A stretch of 64,000 nt of DNA, taken from contig OZ251518.1 in the NCBI GenBank assembly GCA_965242965.1, forward strand, positions 1-64,000. The letters run 5' to 3'. The notes below the pieces were generated by a model. That model was not told the origin of the DNA. It searched no databases and saw only the letters and a list, made by a program, of their open reading frames with translations. Position numbers and translations under genes: made by a program. The DNA is from Candidatus Poribacteria bacterium. Lineage in GTDB: Bacteria; Poribacteria; WGA-4E; WGA-3G. This document shows, one piece after another, positions 31,306-40,429 of the stretch (position 1 is its first letter; each line of letters begins with the position of its first letter).

Positions 31306-31363
31306 TCAGGCACCAGCAAGCCGATGCCTGAACACTTCCTACGGATTACCGATGCAAGCAGCG

Positions 31364-31620
31364 TTAATCTTCCCACATTACAGTGGTTAGTTCTCCGGTG
31401 CTGGTTGGAAAATCTACTTCCAAACGTTCTCCAATCCAACGGTACGAGGTACGATCTGTGGTACCGTTATCCTCGGTTATCATGAGAGTTGTCTCAGTTG
31501 CGCTCTAAGACGGACCTAACCCGCTTATGGCAGTCCCATTATCCCACCGAACAATCATGCTCCAATAACCGGTGGGTAAGAGAGTGAACGTTCCCGTGAC
31601 AGTTGGGGGAGGACACCACA
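31364..31620 (-). pseudogene. Fragment of a small beta-rich protein with an internal TAG at 31505-31507
   Basis: VTGTFTLLPTGYWSMIV..GPS*SATETTLMIT..YRWIGERLEV..W. Confidence 0.4.
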
Positions 31621-31990
31621 TCACGGACACCGGATGTGCTGCATCTCGCGGGGCCCGGGCAAGTCTACGGTGACCTCATTAGCAATGGAAGAATTAATTC
31701 GCTGGTTCACGTTTATCGTTTCTTGTTTGGTTTCGGTCTCGCGGTGACGCGTTTTTCGCGCGTATCTCACCACGTTTGCATTAATGATACACGAACATGC
31801 AATAAATGTCAAACATTTCTTTGCGAGAAATCGTGGAAATGTTGACAATTAACCACATTCTACATGAATTTCGGTTTTTTTGTCAACGTTTTTCTACGAA
31901 AAATCGTAAAAATGTTTAAAACTGAGTTTATTTTAGCAAATTTTGCGTTTTTTGTCAAGGTTATTTCGCGAAAAAAACGCTGCTGCTACC

Positions 31991-32299
31991 GTAGCGCGGG
32001 GGCCTGTCCCCCGCGATCTACCGACCGAAACGAGAACCGTCCGCAGCCCGGAGGCCACGGACGTTTGCTGTTAAGACCGAGGCACGGCGAGGGACAGGCC
32101 CTCGCCCTACGGTTCGGGGGCACGGTTTGGATAGCCACGAAAGAAAAAGCATATTAAGGTCCTACAGACCTTAGCCACCTTCGCGTCGCATTGCTCTATA
32201 GACATTACGGTCTTACGGACCTAAAGAGACGTTTTATCGTGCTAAAACAAACATGCATCGAGACCAGGAGGTCTCTCCTACTCTAAAGAGACGTTTTAT
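31991..32299. repeat. REP array
   Basis: REP-B pair, AGGTCC units, and a REP-A flanked by a 17-bp duplication. Confidence 0.8.
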
Positions 32300-32304
32300 A
32301 CAGT

Positions 32305-32333
32305 TTGACAAAATGTGAGATTGCCTGTAAAAT
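32305..32333 (+). promoter_or_regulatory. sigma70 promoter for the GH32 gene
   Basis: TTGACA-17-TAAAAT. Confidence 0.65.
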
Positions 32334-32366
32334 ATAATGCATATTACTCCAATAAGGATACAACGC

Positions 32367-33713
32367 ATGATCCAAACTGCTTACAAGGAAGCGTATCGTC
32401 CGCAATTCCATTTCACGCCGAAAACGAATTGGACGAACGACCCGAACGGCTTAATCCACTACAAAGGCGAGTTCCATCTCTTCTTCCAGCACAACCCCTT
32501 CGGCATCGATTGGGGAAATATGACATGGGGACACGCTGTCAGTCCAGATTTGGTGCATTGGAAACAACTGCCGCACGCGCTTCATCCCGATGAACTCGGC
32601 ACGATTTTCTCCGGTTCCGGTGTCGTTGACTGGAACAATACCGGGGGATTCCAGACCGGCGACGAAGCGGTGCTGGTAAATTTCTATACCTCTGCCGGGA
32701 GTCACGCTCCCGAACCGGTGCCGTTTACGCAAAGCATCGCCTATAGCAACGACCGGGGTAGAAGTTGGACGAAATATGAGGGAAATCCTGTCATTGAGCA
32801 CATCGTCGGGAGCAACCGCGATCCGAAGGTGATTTGGCATGAACCGACGCAAAAGTGGATAATGGCACTTTACCTTGACAAAAACGACTACGCGCTGTTC
32901 GGTTCAACGAACCTCAAGGAGTGGACGCGGCTCTCCGATTTACAGATTCCGGACACGGAATGCCCGGATATTTTTGAGTTGCCGGTTGATGGGGATGCGG
33001 AGAATACCCGGTGGGTTTTCTGGGGCGCAGCCGGGAAGTATTACGTTGGCGATTTTGATGGCACCACTTTTACGCCGGAAGACGATGCACATCGCGCAGA
33101 CTACGGTGCCAATTTCTACGCCGCGCAAACGTGGAGTGATGTCCCTGCCTCGGACGGCCGCTGCATCCAGATTGCATGGATGAGCGGCAGTAAGCCGCCG
33201 GAGATGCCCTTTAATCAGCAGATGAGTTTCCCCTGTGAATTGACGCTTCGGACAACGTCGGAAGGCATCCGCTTGCATCGGGAGCCGGTGGCCGAGATTG
33301 AGACTCTCCATGCCTACACGCACGCTTGGAGCAACATCGCGCTGAAACCGGGCGAAGACCTGCTGGCAGGTTTAACAGGCGAACTGTTTGATATCCGTGC
33401 TGAAGTGGAGTTAAACGGTGCATCCGCTGTCGGTTTCAAAATTCGCGGCGAAGATGTCCGTTACGATGTCGCTGAGAAGCAGCTCACCTTTCTTGAGCGC
33501 AGCGGACCGCTCGTGCCGCAAGATGGCAAGATTCGGCTGCACCTTCTCGTAGATCGTATCTCCATAGAGGCGTTCGGCAACAACGGCGCACTCTCAATGA
33601 CTTCATATTTTCTTCCAGAGTTGGATAACGCGGACATCGGTATTTACGCGGAGGGCGGCACGGCAACGCTGGTATCGCTGAAGGTGCATGAGTTGAAGTC
33701 GGCGTGGGTATAA
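32367..33713 (+). CDS. Glycoside hydrolase family 32 (levanase/fructosidase)
   Basis: WTNDPNG, WGHAVS, FSGS, RDPKV, ECPD. Confidence 0.93.
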   Translation: MIQTAYKEAYRPQFHFTPKTNWTNDPNGLIHYKGEFHLFFQHNPFGIDWGNMTWGHAVSPDLVHWKQLPHALHPDELGTIFSGSGVVDWNNTGGFQTGDEAVLVNFYTSAGSHAPEPVPFTQSIAYSNDRGRSWTKYEGNPVIEHIVGSNRDPKVIWHEPTQKWIMALYLDKNDYALFGSTNLKEWTRLSDLQIPDTECPDIFELPVDGDAENTRWVFWGAAGKYYVGDFDGTTFTPEDDAHRADYGANFYAAQTWSDVPASDGRCIQIAWMSGSKPPEMPFNQQMSFPCELTLRTTSEGIRLHREPVAEIETLHAYTHAWSNIALKPGEDLLAGLTGELFDIRAEVELNGASAVGFKIRGEDVRYDVAEKQLTFLERSGPLVPQDGKIRLHLLVDRISIEAFGNNGALSMTSYFLPELDNADIGIYAEGGTATLVSLKVHELKSAWV

Positions 33714-33715
33714 TA

Positions 33716-33922
33716 GAGGGGATTTCATATATCAATGCCTTCCCGGTAGGAGGGACATCCCTGTCCCGATACGCACCACATCGAGACCAGGAGGTCTCTC
33801 CTACGGGGAAGCCGCCTTGCAGCGAGACTCTCTGGTAGGAGGGACATCCCTGTCCCGATATGAAATCGAGACCAGGAGGTCTCTCCTACGGGGAAGACAT
33901 CGCTTGCATCGAGACCGGGAGG
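33716..33922. repeat. Solo inverted-repeat end plus REP-A array
   Basis: GAGGGGATTTCATATATC followed by GTAGGAGGGACATCCCTGTCCCG and REP-A units. Confidence 0.75.
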
Positions 33923-34333
33923 CTAGGTATAGAGCGTCGCTATCAAATTGCGTCTGCCGCCTTGATTGCGGAATTCGCAGAGATAGATGCCCTGCCACAC
34001 GCCTAAATCCAAGCGATAATTCGCAATTGGGACGGACACGGCGAATCCGACAAGCGACGCTTTAATATGCGCGGGCATATCGTCATCGCCTTCTATCGTA
34101 TGCCGATAAAAGGGTTCGCGCTCTTTAACGAGCCGGTCGAAACTGTTGGCGAAGTCTTCCCGCACCGTCGCATCGGCGTTTTCGTTGATGGTGAGTCCTG
34201 CCGACGTATGCTTGATAAACAGGTGCAGGATGCCATCTTTCGGCAGTTCACCGACGGATTTCAGGATTTCATCGGTGATGAGATGAAACCCGCGCGGGTA
34301 TTCGGGTAGAGTGAACTCAATGTGTTGAATCAT
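33923..34333 (-). CDS. yjbQ: YjbQ family (UPF0047) protein
   Basis: HTSAGLTINEN, DDMPAHIKASL, LGVWQGIYLCEF. Confidence 0.9.
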   Translation of the reverse strand: MIQHIEFTLPEYPRGFHLITDEILKSVGELPKDGILHLFIKHTSAGLTINENADATVREDFANSFDRLVKEREPFYRHTIEGDDDMPAHIKASLVGFAVSVPIANYRLDLGVWQGIYLCEFRNQGGRRNLIATLYT

Positions 34334-34372
34334 CAGGACAGTTTGCTCCAAAAAAGAAGAGGTTTTGTATCA

Positions 34373-35167
34373 ATGGATATTATCTGTGCTTCGATTTGCT
34401 ACCGAGGTTACGCTGAAGATGAGGTAGCCGCAACGTTGGAATACGCGCCAAAAATCGGTTACCGTCTCATGGAAATTCACGGGCCCCTGATCTGGAGCGT
34501 TGATGCCGCACACGCGTTTGACGCGGACAGCATGAAAGCAAAAATTGACGCATCCGGCATGCGATGCGCGGGGCTCTATCCTCCAGGATGGGGTGGACAG
34601 GACGATGCCGATGTCCGCGCCCGCGCCGAGGCAATTGCAAAATGTGCTGAGATTGCCTCGGCACTCAACGCAACGCACCTCACAACGAGCGGTGCGCAAC
34701 GCCGGACAGAGCCTGGTGCGTTAGACAGAGTCATCGCTTGCGTGCAAGAAGTGTTGGCACGCATACCCGCCGAAAGTCCCATCAAGTTGACGCTTGAGCC
34801 GCACCACGGGAACGTTCTCCAGCAACCAGAGGATTTCCAACGCGTGCTTGACGTGATTCCCGATGAACGGGTGGGTATCTGTATTGATACCGGGCATTTC
34901 CACACGTCAGGTGTTGACACGTTGGCGGCGATTCGGCAATTCGCTTCGCGCATCTATGCCGTGCATCTGAAGGACCATCTCGGTGCAGTATCTGTCGGCA
35001 TCGGGCGCGGAGAACTTGACCTGCAGCAGATTATCGGCACCCTGCAAGAAGTCGGCTACTCAGGCGATTTGACGCTGGAGTTGGAAGTGGAAGACCCCGA
35101 GAACTTGCCTCGCTATACAGAGGAGGCTTATTTCTATCTCAGCGGAATGCTAGGGCTGCAGCTATAA
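34373..35167 (+). CDS. Sugar phosphate isomerase/epimerase (xylose isomerase-like TIM barrel)
   Basis: LEPH, DTGH, HLKD, G.G, LE motifs. Confidence 0.88.
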   Translation: MDIICASICYRGYAEDEVAATLEYAPKIGYRLMEIHGPLIWSVDAAHAFDADSMKAKIDASGMRCAGLYPPGWGGQDDADVRARAEAIAKCAEIASALNATHLTTSGAQRRTEPGALDRVIACVQEVLARIPAESPIKLTLEPHHGNVLQQPEDFQRVLDVIPDERVGICIDTGHFHTSGVDTLAAIRQFASRIYAVHLKDHLGAVSVGIGRGELDLQQIIGTLQEVGYSGDLTLELEVEDPENLPRYTEEAYFYLSGMLGLQL

Positions 35168-35202
35168 CTTTTCCGAAGCGCGTTTAGTTCTCCAACCAGA
35201 AG

Positions 35203-35409
35203 GCATCGGGCCCACCTCTGTAGTTCGGGATCGCCCGATCCCGAACGGGTCAAGATCAGGCGATTTTGACCTATAGGGGGCATGCGGTCTGACACCAAAA
35301 CGCATGGCGAGGGACAGGTTTTCCCACCGCCCTACGTGAAGGGGCGGCGTTTTTTTCCCGTAGCGCGGGGCCTGTCACCGCAACGTTGAGCGATTTATGA
35401 AACACCCAC
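35203..35409. repeat. REP array with a solo inverted-repeat end
   Basis: Similar to the reverse complement of 3740-3940, ending TTATGAAACACCCAC. Confidence 0.8.
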
Positions 35410-35412
35410 GTG

Positions 35413-36144
35413 TTACCCGCGTCCGACATAGAGCTGCCCTACCGGTAGCACCGTCGCCTCCAACATATTGATATTCGGGGGTAGCGTTGCCATGAGGACA
35501 GCGGCTTGCGCCAGATCATCCACGTCCATCATCGGTTCAGTGGGCGGCTGCGGCCGGTTTTGGACGCGCTCAACATAGGTGTTGCCGGGTTGCAAGCAGC
35601 TCGCCGTGATGCCGTGCGGTCTGCCTTCTAATGCAGTCACTTGCGTTAATCCCCAGATGCCGAATTTACTGGCACTATAAGGCGCGGTGCGCGGGCGAAC
35701 GCGGTGCGCGGAAATACTGCCGACGTTGATGATGCGTCCGCCTTGTCCCTGCGCCTTCATAATCCGCACTGCTTCCCGCGTGCAGAGGAAAGGCGCGCGG
35801 AGGTTCACCCCGATAACCCAGTCCCATGCCTCGGTTGAGAGTTCGTCGATTGGGCCGCCATCAAACGCGCCAGCGTTGTTTACCATGATGTCCAGCCTGC
35901 CGTATTCCGCCATCGCTTTCTCAAAGAGTGCCTGAATCTGTGCCTCATCCGTCACATCGGTGGGCACAGCCAAGACACGTGTGCCATTTGCGCGGATTTC
36001 ATCGGCGGTTTGCGCTAACAACTCGGCATTTCGCGCCGCGATGGTGAGGGATGCGCCTTCGGCGGCGAGTCCTTTGGCAATGCCTTTACCGATGCCGCGG
36101 TTGCCGCCTGTCACAATTGCGACTTTTCCGTCTAATTGTCCCAT
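35413..36144 (-). CDS. Short-chain dehydrogenase/reductase
   Basis: TGGNRGIG, NNAG, YSASK. Confidence 0.93.
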   Translation of the reverse strand: MGQLDGKVAIVTGGNRGIGKGIAKGLAAEGASLTIAARNAELLAQTADEIRANGTRVLAVPTDVTDEAQIQALFEKAMAEYGRLDIMVNNAGAFDGGPIDELSTEAWDWVIGVNLRAPFLCTREAVRIMKAQGQGGRIINVGSISAHRVRPRTAPYSASKFGIWGLTQVTALEGRPHGITASCLQPGNTYVERVQNRPQPPTEPMMDVDDLAQAAVLMATLPPNINMLEATVLPVGQLYVGRG

Positions 36145-36179
36145 TATGAATTCTCCTATTTTCGTTGTTCTCAGCGTTA

Positions 36180-36375
36180 GCGTGGCGGGGGACAGGCCCC
36201 CGCCCTACGTATAGAGTAAGCGTCTCCATATTTTTAGCATGGCGGGGGACAGGCCCCCGCCCTACGTAAGTGAGTGTTTCCATGTTCCTAGCGTTTAGCA
36301 TGGCGGGGGACAGGCCCCCGCCCTACGTAAGCAAGGCGGTTTTTGGCACGGCAGGGGACAGGCCCCGCCCTACGT
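36180..36375. repeat. Four tandem REP-B units
   Basis: TGGCGGGGGACAGGCCCCCGCCCTACGT repeated with related linkers. Confidence 0.85.
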
Positions 36376-37071
36376 ACGCGAGTCTGACAACAGTTCTGCT
36401 AACAAACTTTCGGTTCTAACTGCATGCGTTTTGTCGCCAGCGAGCCGCATCGTAGCGAGATGCGCGTGTAAGAACGCCACGTCTGCAGGGGTATCCACAT
36501 CATACCACGGCGGCAGGAGCCCCAGTGTTGCGCCTGTTGAAAGCACGCGATCGACCGTCTGTTGGAAAACGGACTCAGTGCTCCACGCGATGTCCTCAAA
36601 AACAAAAGGCACTGTCTTCGCGAGGTTCACCGCAGAAAATCCGATGAGGTAATAGCCTCCATCCATACTCGGTCCCAGCACAACATCCCGCGAGTCAAGC
36701 GTCGCAATTGCTTGAGAAACGAACGAAAGTGGCAGCGTCGGGCTGTCGGAACCAACGATTAAAATCTTCGGATACCCTCGTTCGGCTGCCCACTGCGTCG
36801 CTGAGATGAGGCGTTCTCCGAGGTTATCGCCAACTTGCGGTATGTAGATGGCATCTTTCCCGATTAACGCTTGTAAATCGGGGAGACTCTCTGGTGGTGT
36901 ATACGCGATAATCCGCGCGGCATTGGGCAGTGCAGCGAGCGTTTCGCACCAATCCATGAGAAACGCGCGATATAACCGTGCCGCTTGCTTAGGCGATAGT
37001 TGGGGAATAAGCCGCGTTTTGACCTGGTGCGGCATCGGGTTCTTCGCGAAGATGATTAAACACGTTTTCAT
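36370..37071 (-). CDS. DUF2064 / TIGR04282 glycosyltransferase-like protein
   Basis: FAKNP..VKTRL, QGDNLGERL-like, GSDSP, GPSMDGGYYLIG, DVDT. Confidence 0.85.
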   Translation of the reverse strand: MKTCLIIFAKNPMPHQVKTRLIPQLSPKQAARLYRAFLMDWCETLAALPNAARIIAYTPPESLPDLQALIGKDAIYIPQVGDNLGERLISATQWAAERGYPKILIVGSDSPTLPLSFVSQAIATLDSRDVVLGPSMDGGYYLIGFSAVNLAKTVPFVFEDIAWSTESVFQQTVDRVLSTGATLGLLPPWYDVDTPADVAFLHAHLATMRLAGDKTHAVRTESLLAELLSDSRT

Positions 37072-37271
37072 CTTGTTTCCGCTGAATCTTGCTTGTTGAC
37101 GACTTCAATGTAGAAGTCCACCGTGCCTTCAAAAGCGTCGCGCAGTTCCTCGTCGGTATCTCCGTGAAAACCGACAATATCCTCAATATTAATAACGTGG
37201 CCGACAAAGCAGCCATCCTCTTCGCTATAGTGAATTTCGGCGGTATAGCCCCGATGCGTCATTGTTTTCAT
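37068..37271 (-). CDS. HicB-family antitoxin (short, no adjacent hicA)
   Basis: RGYTAEIHYSEEDGCFVG..IVGFHG....EL..AF...VDFY. Confidence 0.8.
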   Translation of the reverse strand: MKTMTHRGYTAEIHYSEEDGCFVGHVINIEDIVGFHGDTDEELRDAFEGTVDFYIEVVNKQDSAETR

Positions 37272-37333
37272 GGTGTTATCCCTATCTTTTCTAAGAAAAT
37301 CCGCGCGTCGCGAATAAGTATACCACGTTAACT

Positions 37334-37681
37334 GAGGATGTTTCATAAATCCCCGTAGGAGAGACCTCCTGGTCTCGATGCAATAGGACAGCGCGCCTAT
37401 CGGGGTCGCGGCGGCAGAAAGCCCCCCCCTTCATCGTAGGGCGAGGGCCTGTCCCTCGCCAGTGCTCGCGCAATCCAACGCGCGCGGGGGACAGGCCCCC
37501 GCGCTACGACGAAAAAAACGTCTCTTAGGTCCTAAAGGACCTAAAACGCCCCTCTTGCCGATGGCCAACGCGGGGGACAGGCCCCCGCGCTACGGGAATA
37601 TCGAGACCCGGAGGTCTCTCCTACCGGAAATCGAGCCCCGAGGTCTCTCCTACCGAACGCATCGAAATATGAAACACCCTC
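37334..37681. mobile_element. Non-autonomous inverted-repeat element with REP interior
   Basis: GAGGATGTTTCATAA / TATGAAACACCCTC, with flanking direct repeat ACGTTAACT at 37325-37333 and 37682-37690. Confidence 0.85.
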
Positions 37682-37715
37682 ACGTTAACTCGGAAAATGG
37701 CAAAGGAAAAACCGA

Positions 37716-38747
37716 CTACCTGTCCTCAATTAACTCGCGAACCGGCGGATTCTCTGGTGCCGCGGGCGGACGTTGACTTAACCACCACGCCAACACCATC
37801 GCAAAGCACACAAGGATAATCGCGGTGAATGCTATCGGGATGCCTTTTACCTGCCCCTCACTCGCATCGATCTGGGACTTGGCAACAATGGCAGAGACCA
37901 CGCTAACCAGCGAAAGCCCGAGGATAACTGCCCACGGCATCTGAAAAAGCGAAGCGAATAGGGCAATAACTGCAACGGAAAGACTCAGTGTGGCAAGCGC
38001 GTTGTAGGGACGCGTATCGCCGGCATCGGAGGAGAGAGTGTCGGCATGTCCAGGCAAAATCGGGACAGGGGCACCCTCTTGGTACGTCATCTCAATGAGG
38101 CGAATAAATTCCGCCAGCACTTTTTCCTGTCGAATCCACTCAAAAAGCGTGGGGTATTCGTGCCGGAGGAGGATGACAAACTCTTGACGTTGCGCGCTAA
38201 AATCGGTGAACTCTTCCCATTCGTTTTCTGGCACGGTGATAAACGGTTCAGGTCCGACGCGAATCTCATATCCTTTCTCAGGCACATAGACAACACTGCC
38301 GAGTCCTTCGCGTTCGGCAAGCGTTAATTCCCCAGAATCTGTCGAATCCTGCTGTTGGCTTTCCGCTGCGGCGACGGCGGCTAAATCGCGCTGCTTGAGC
38401 ACTTCCGCCGCTTCCTCGTGCCGGTTCGCCATCTCGTTATCCGTAATGGCAACGCCGATGCGGCTTACCAACTCCATAGCGGCAACCTGATGTTCCTGCT
38501 CCACTAACAGCGCGATTTGGCGTTCTGAGCGGACCTTGAGTGGACGGCATCGGATTTGCTGTGCCTCCAACGTCGTCTGAACAAGTTTTGCTTCCCACTC
38601 GTCTTTAGTGCGATGGATCTCCACCCAATTTGAAGGATGGGACCCCTCTGAACCTACTAATTGAGAAGCCTGTTCTAGTGTGCCGCTGCCGACTTTTATG
38701 TCGTTATACGGAGGCGTGGTAACCGTTTTTCTTGTTTCCATTTTCAC
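37716..38747 (-). CDS. Membrane protein (DUF2007-like N-terminus, DUF4190-like C-terminus)
   Basis: WVEIH....WEAKLV..LE N-terminal motif, three C-terminal TMs. Confidence 0.6.
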   Translation of the reverse strand: MKMETRKTVTTPPYNDIKVGSGTLEQASQLVGSEGSHPSNWVEIHRTKDEWEAKLVQTTLEAQQIRCRPLKVRSERQIALLVEQEHQVAAMELVSRIGVAITDNEMANRHEEAAEVLKQRDLAAVAAAESQQQDSTDSGELTLAEREGLGSVVYVPEKGYEIRVGPEPFITVPENEWEEFTDFSAQRQEFVILLRHEYPTLFEWIRQEKVLAEFIRLIEMTYQEGAPVPILPGHADTLSSDAGDTRPYNALATLSLSVAVIALFASLFQMPWAVILGLSLVSVVSAIVAKSQIDASEGQVKGIPIAFTAIILVCFAMVLAWWLSQRPPAAPENPPVRELIEDR

Positions 38748-38754
38748 AGCCCTG

Positions 38755-39435
38755 TCATACCCCGCGTTTGTCGCCCCAGATATCTACATGCACGCGCGGC
38801 GAATAGCGATACCCGTTCGCTTTACAGAGTTCAACCAGCCATTCCTGCTTCTGCTGGAGCATCTGCGGCGTTATCCCTTGAGGCATCAGCAGAATTGTCT
38901 CGGCAGGAATGCCGATGTCCGCCTGCAACGCTTGAATTTCCGCCAAGTCATCGGGGGTATCTACGACAAATTTGACTTGGCACGGATACGCATCCAAAAA
39001 CTTGCGGATAACGTCAGGCCGAATGCGTTCGCGCTCGTGCCGTTTGAAAAAGCGATTGTCCACCGGCGGATTCGAGTTGCGCAACTTCGGGCTCATCGAA
39101 ATGAGGTGCGCCGCAACCTCTGCGAAGACCGTGGCGTTTGTCTCAATTGTGATGTGATGCTCACGCTTATCTAATTCGCGACAGAGGGCAATCAACGCCG
39201 CTGTCTGAATAAACGGTTCACCGCCAGTGATGACGACATGCTTGCAACCGTATTGCGCAATCGCCGCAACGCTTTCCGCGACGGTAATGTCCCTGTTTTC
39301 CGGCTCCCATGAAGTGTAAGGCGTGTCGCACCAAACGCAACGCAGGTTGCAATAGCTGGTCCGGAAGAAAACAGAGGGGACTCCGATGAGCTGCCCTTCG
39401 CCTTGGATGGTGTGGAAGAGTTCGCTGTATTTCAT
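38755..39435 (-). CDS. queE: 7-carboxy-7-deazaguanine synthase (radical SAM)
   Basis: TIQGEG, CNLRCVWCDT, TGGEP, SPK, PRVH..WG. Confidence 0.92.
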   Translation of the reverse strand: MKYSELFHTIQGEGQLIGVPSVFFRTSYCNLRCVWCDTPYTSWEPENRDITVAESVAAIAQYGCKHVVITGGEPFIQTAALIALCRELDKREHHITIETNATVFAEVAAHLISMSPKLRNSNPPVDNRFFKRHERERIRPDVIRKFLDAYPCQVKFVVDTPDDLAEIQALQADIGIPAETILLMPQGITPQMLQQKQEWLVELCKANGYRYSPRVHVDIWGDKRGV

Positions 39436-39458
39436 GGTTCTAACTAAGCGTGTGGTTG

Positions 39459-39748
39459 CATGGCGAGGGACAGGCCCTCGCCCTACGGGTTAAGAAGTCG
39501 TCAAAGCACAGCGAGGGACAGGCCCTCGCCCTACGGTGCCAGGAACCGTTCTTAGTCCCGTAGCGCGGGGGCCCTCGGATGCCATCCGCGCATCCGAGCG
39601 GGTTTCCCCCGCGTTCGTTGCATGGCGAGGGACAGGCCCTCGCCCTACGGTGCCAGGAACCGTTCTTAGTCCCGTAGCGCGGGGGCCTGTCCCCCGCGTT
39701 CGTTGGCTTGCGCGGATGCTGGCGAGGGACAGGCCCTCGCCCTACGGG
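39459..39748. repeat. REP-B array with an internal duplication of about 60 bp
   Basis: Six REP-B units, and the segment ..CCCTACGGTGCCAGGAACCGTTCTTAGTCCCGTAGCGCG.. occurs twice. Confidence 0.85.
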
Positions 39749-39782
39749 TTAAGAAGTCATCTATCCCTCGCCTCACAGACAA

Positions 39783-40154
39783 CTAAGCCTCAATGAGTTC
39801 GATCTGGACGTTGTCGGGGCCCTTGAAAAACGCCATCATCAGGCCGGAGGGTTTCAGATCTTCAAGTTCTGCCCCTTTTGCCTGCAATTCGGCGACGGCT
39901 GCATCCAAGTCTTCGACGGTAAAGGCGAGTTGGTAGACACCCCAGCGCGGGTTGCCGCTGGTGGCCTCTATCTCCATGTCGCCCAGTTTCGGGGAGAGGA
40001 AAATCCGTTCCCCACCGATGTCCATTCGGACAATCTTCAAGCCCCGCACCTCAACGGTTTCGGTGACTTTTCCATCAAACATCTCTTGATAGTACTGAAT
40101 CGCGCCCCCCAGGTCTTCGCACCGGAGGTGGACGTGGTGAAATGTGTATGCCAT
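39783..40154 (-). CDS. VOC/glyoxalase family protein
   Basis: FHHVHL, QLAFTVEDL, FFKGPDNVQIEL. Confidence 0.88.
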   Translation of the reverse strand: MAYTFHHVHLRCEDLGGAIQYYQEMFDGKVTETVEVRGLKIVRMDIGGERIFLSPKLGDMEIEATSGNPRWGVYQLAFTVEDLDAAVAELQAKGAELEDLKPSGLMMAFFKGPDNVQIELIEA

Positions 40155-40371
40155 AATGAAATCTCCTATAAACATTGCACGCCTCACGGCGTTTTGAAAG
40201 AATTGAACGTCTTCTCTGATTTCTTCGCGCCGCAACGGAAGCGCGGACTTTGTCAAGTTATGTCTATTTTCGCATAACGTTGATAATTTGTCAAGTTATT
40301 TTTCGAGAGTTTTTTTCGTAATGGAAACGATTGCGAGGGACAGGCCCTCGCACTACGGGCATCCAGCATTT

Positions 40372-40400
40372 TTGACATTCTAAACGCGATATGGTATCAT
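40372..40400 (+). promoter_or_regulatory. sigma70 promoter
   Basis: TTGACA-17-TATCAT with TG. Confidence 0.6.
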
Positions 40401-40429
40401 AACTTCTGTTTGAAGGAGGAACAAGCCTG

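Noticed and set aside
33716-35409. Composite element enclosing yjbQ and the isomerase gene
   Set aside because: The ends face each other but the flanks (GTATAATA vs GTGTTACC) are not a direct repeat, so they are treated as solo ends
36180-36375. CRISPR-like array of 28-bp repeats
   Set aside because: The repeats are the dispersed REP-B, the linkers are related to each other and uneven, and no cas genes are present
38755-39435. 7-deazaguanine DNA modification (Dpd) island
   Set aside because: Lone queE with no dpdA or other dpd genes nearby
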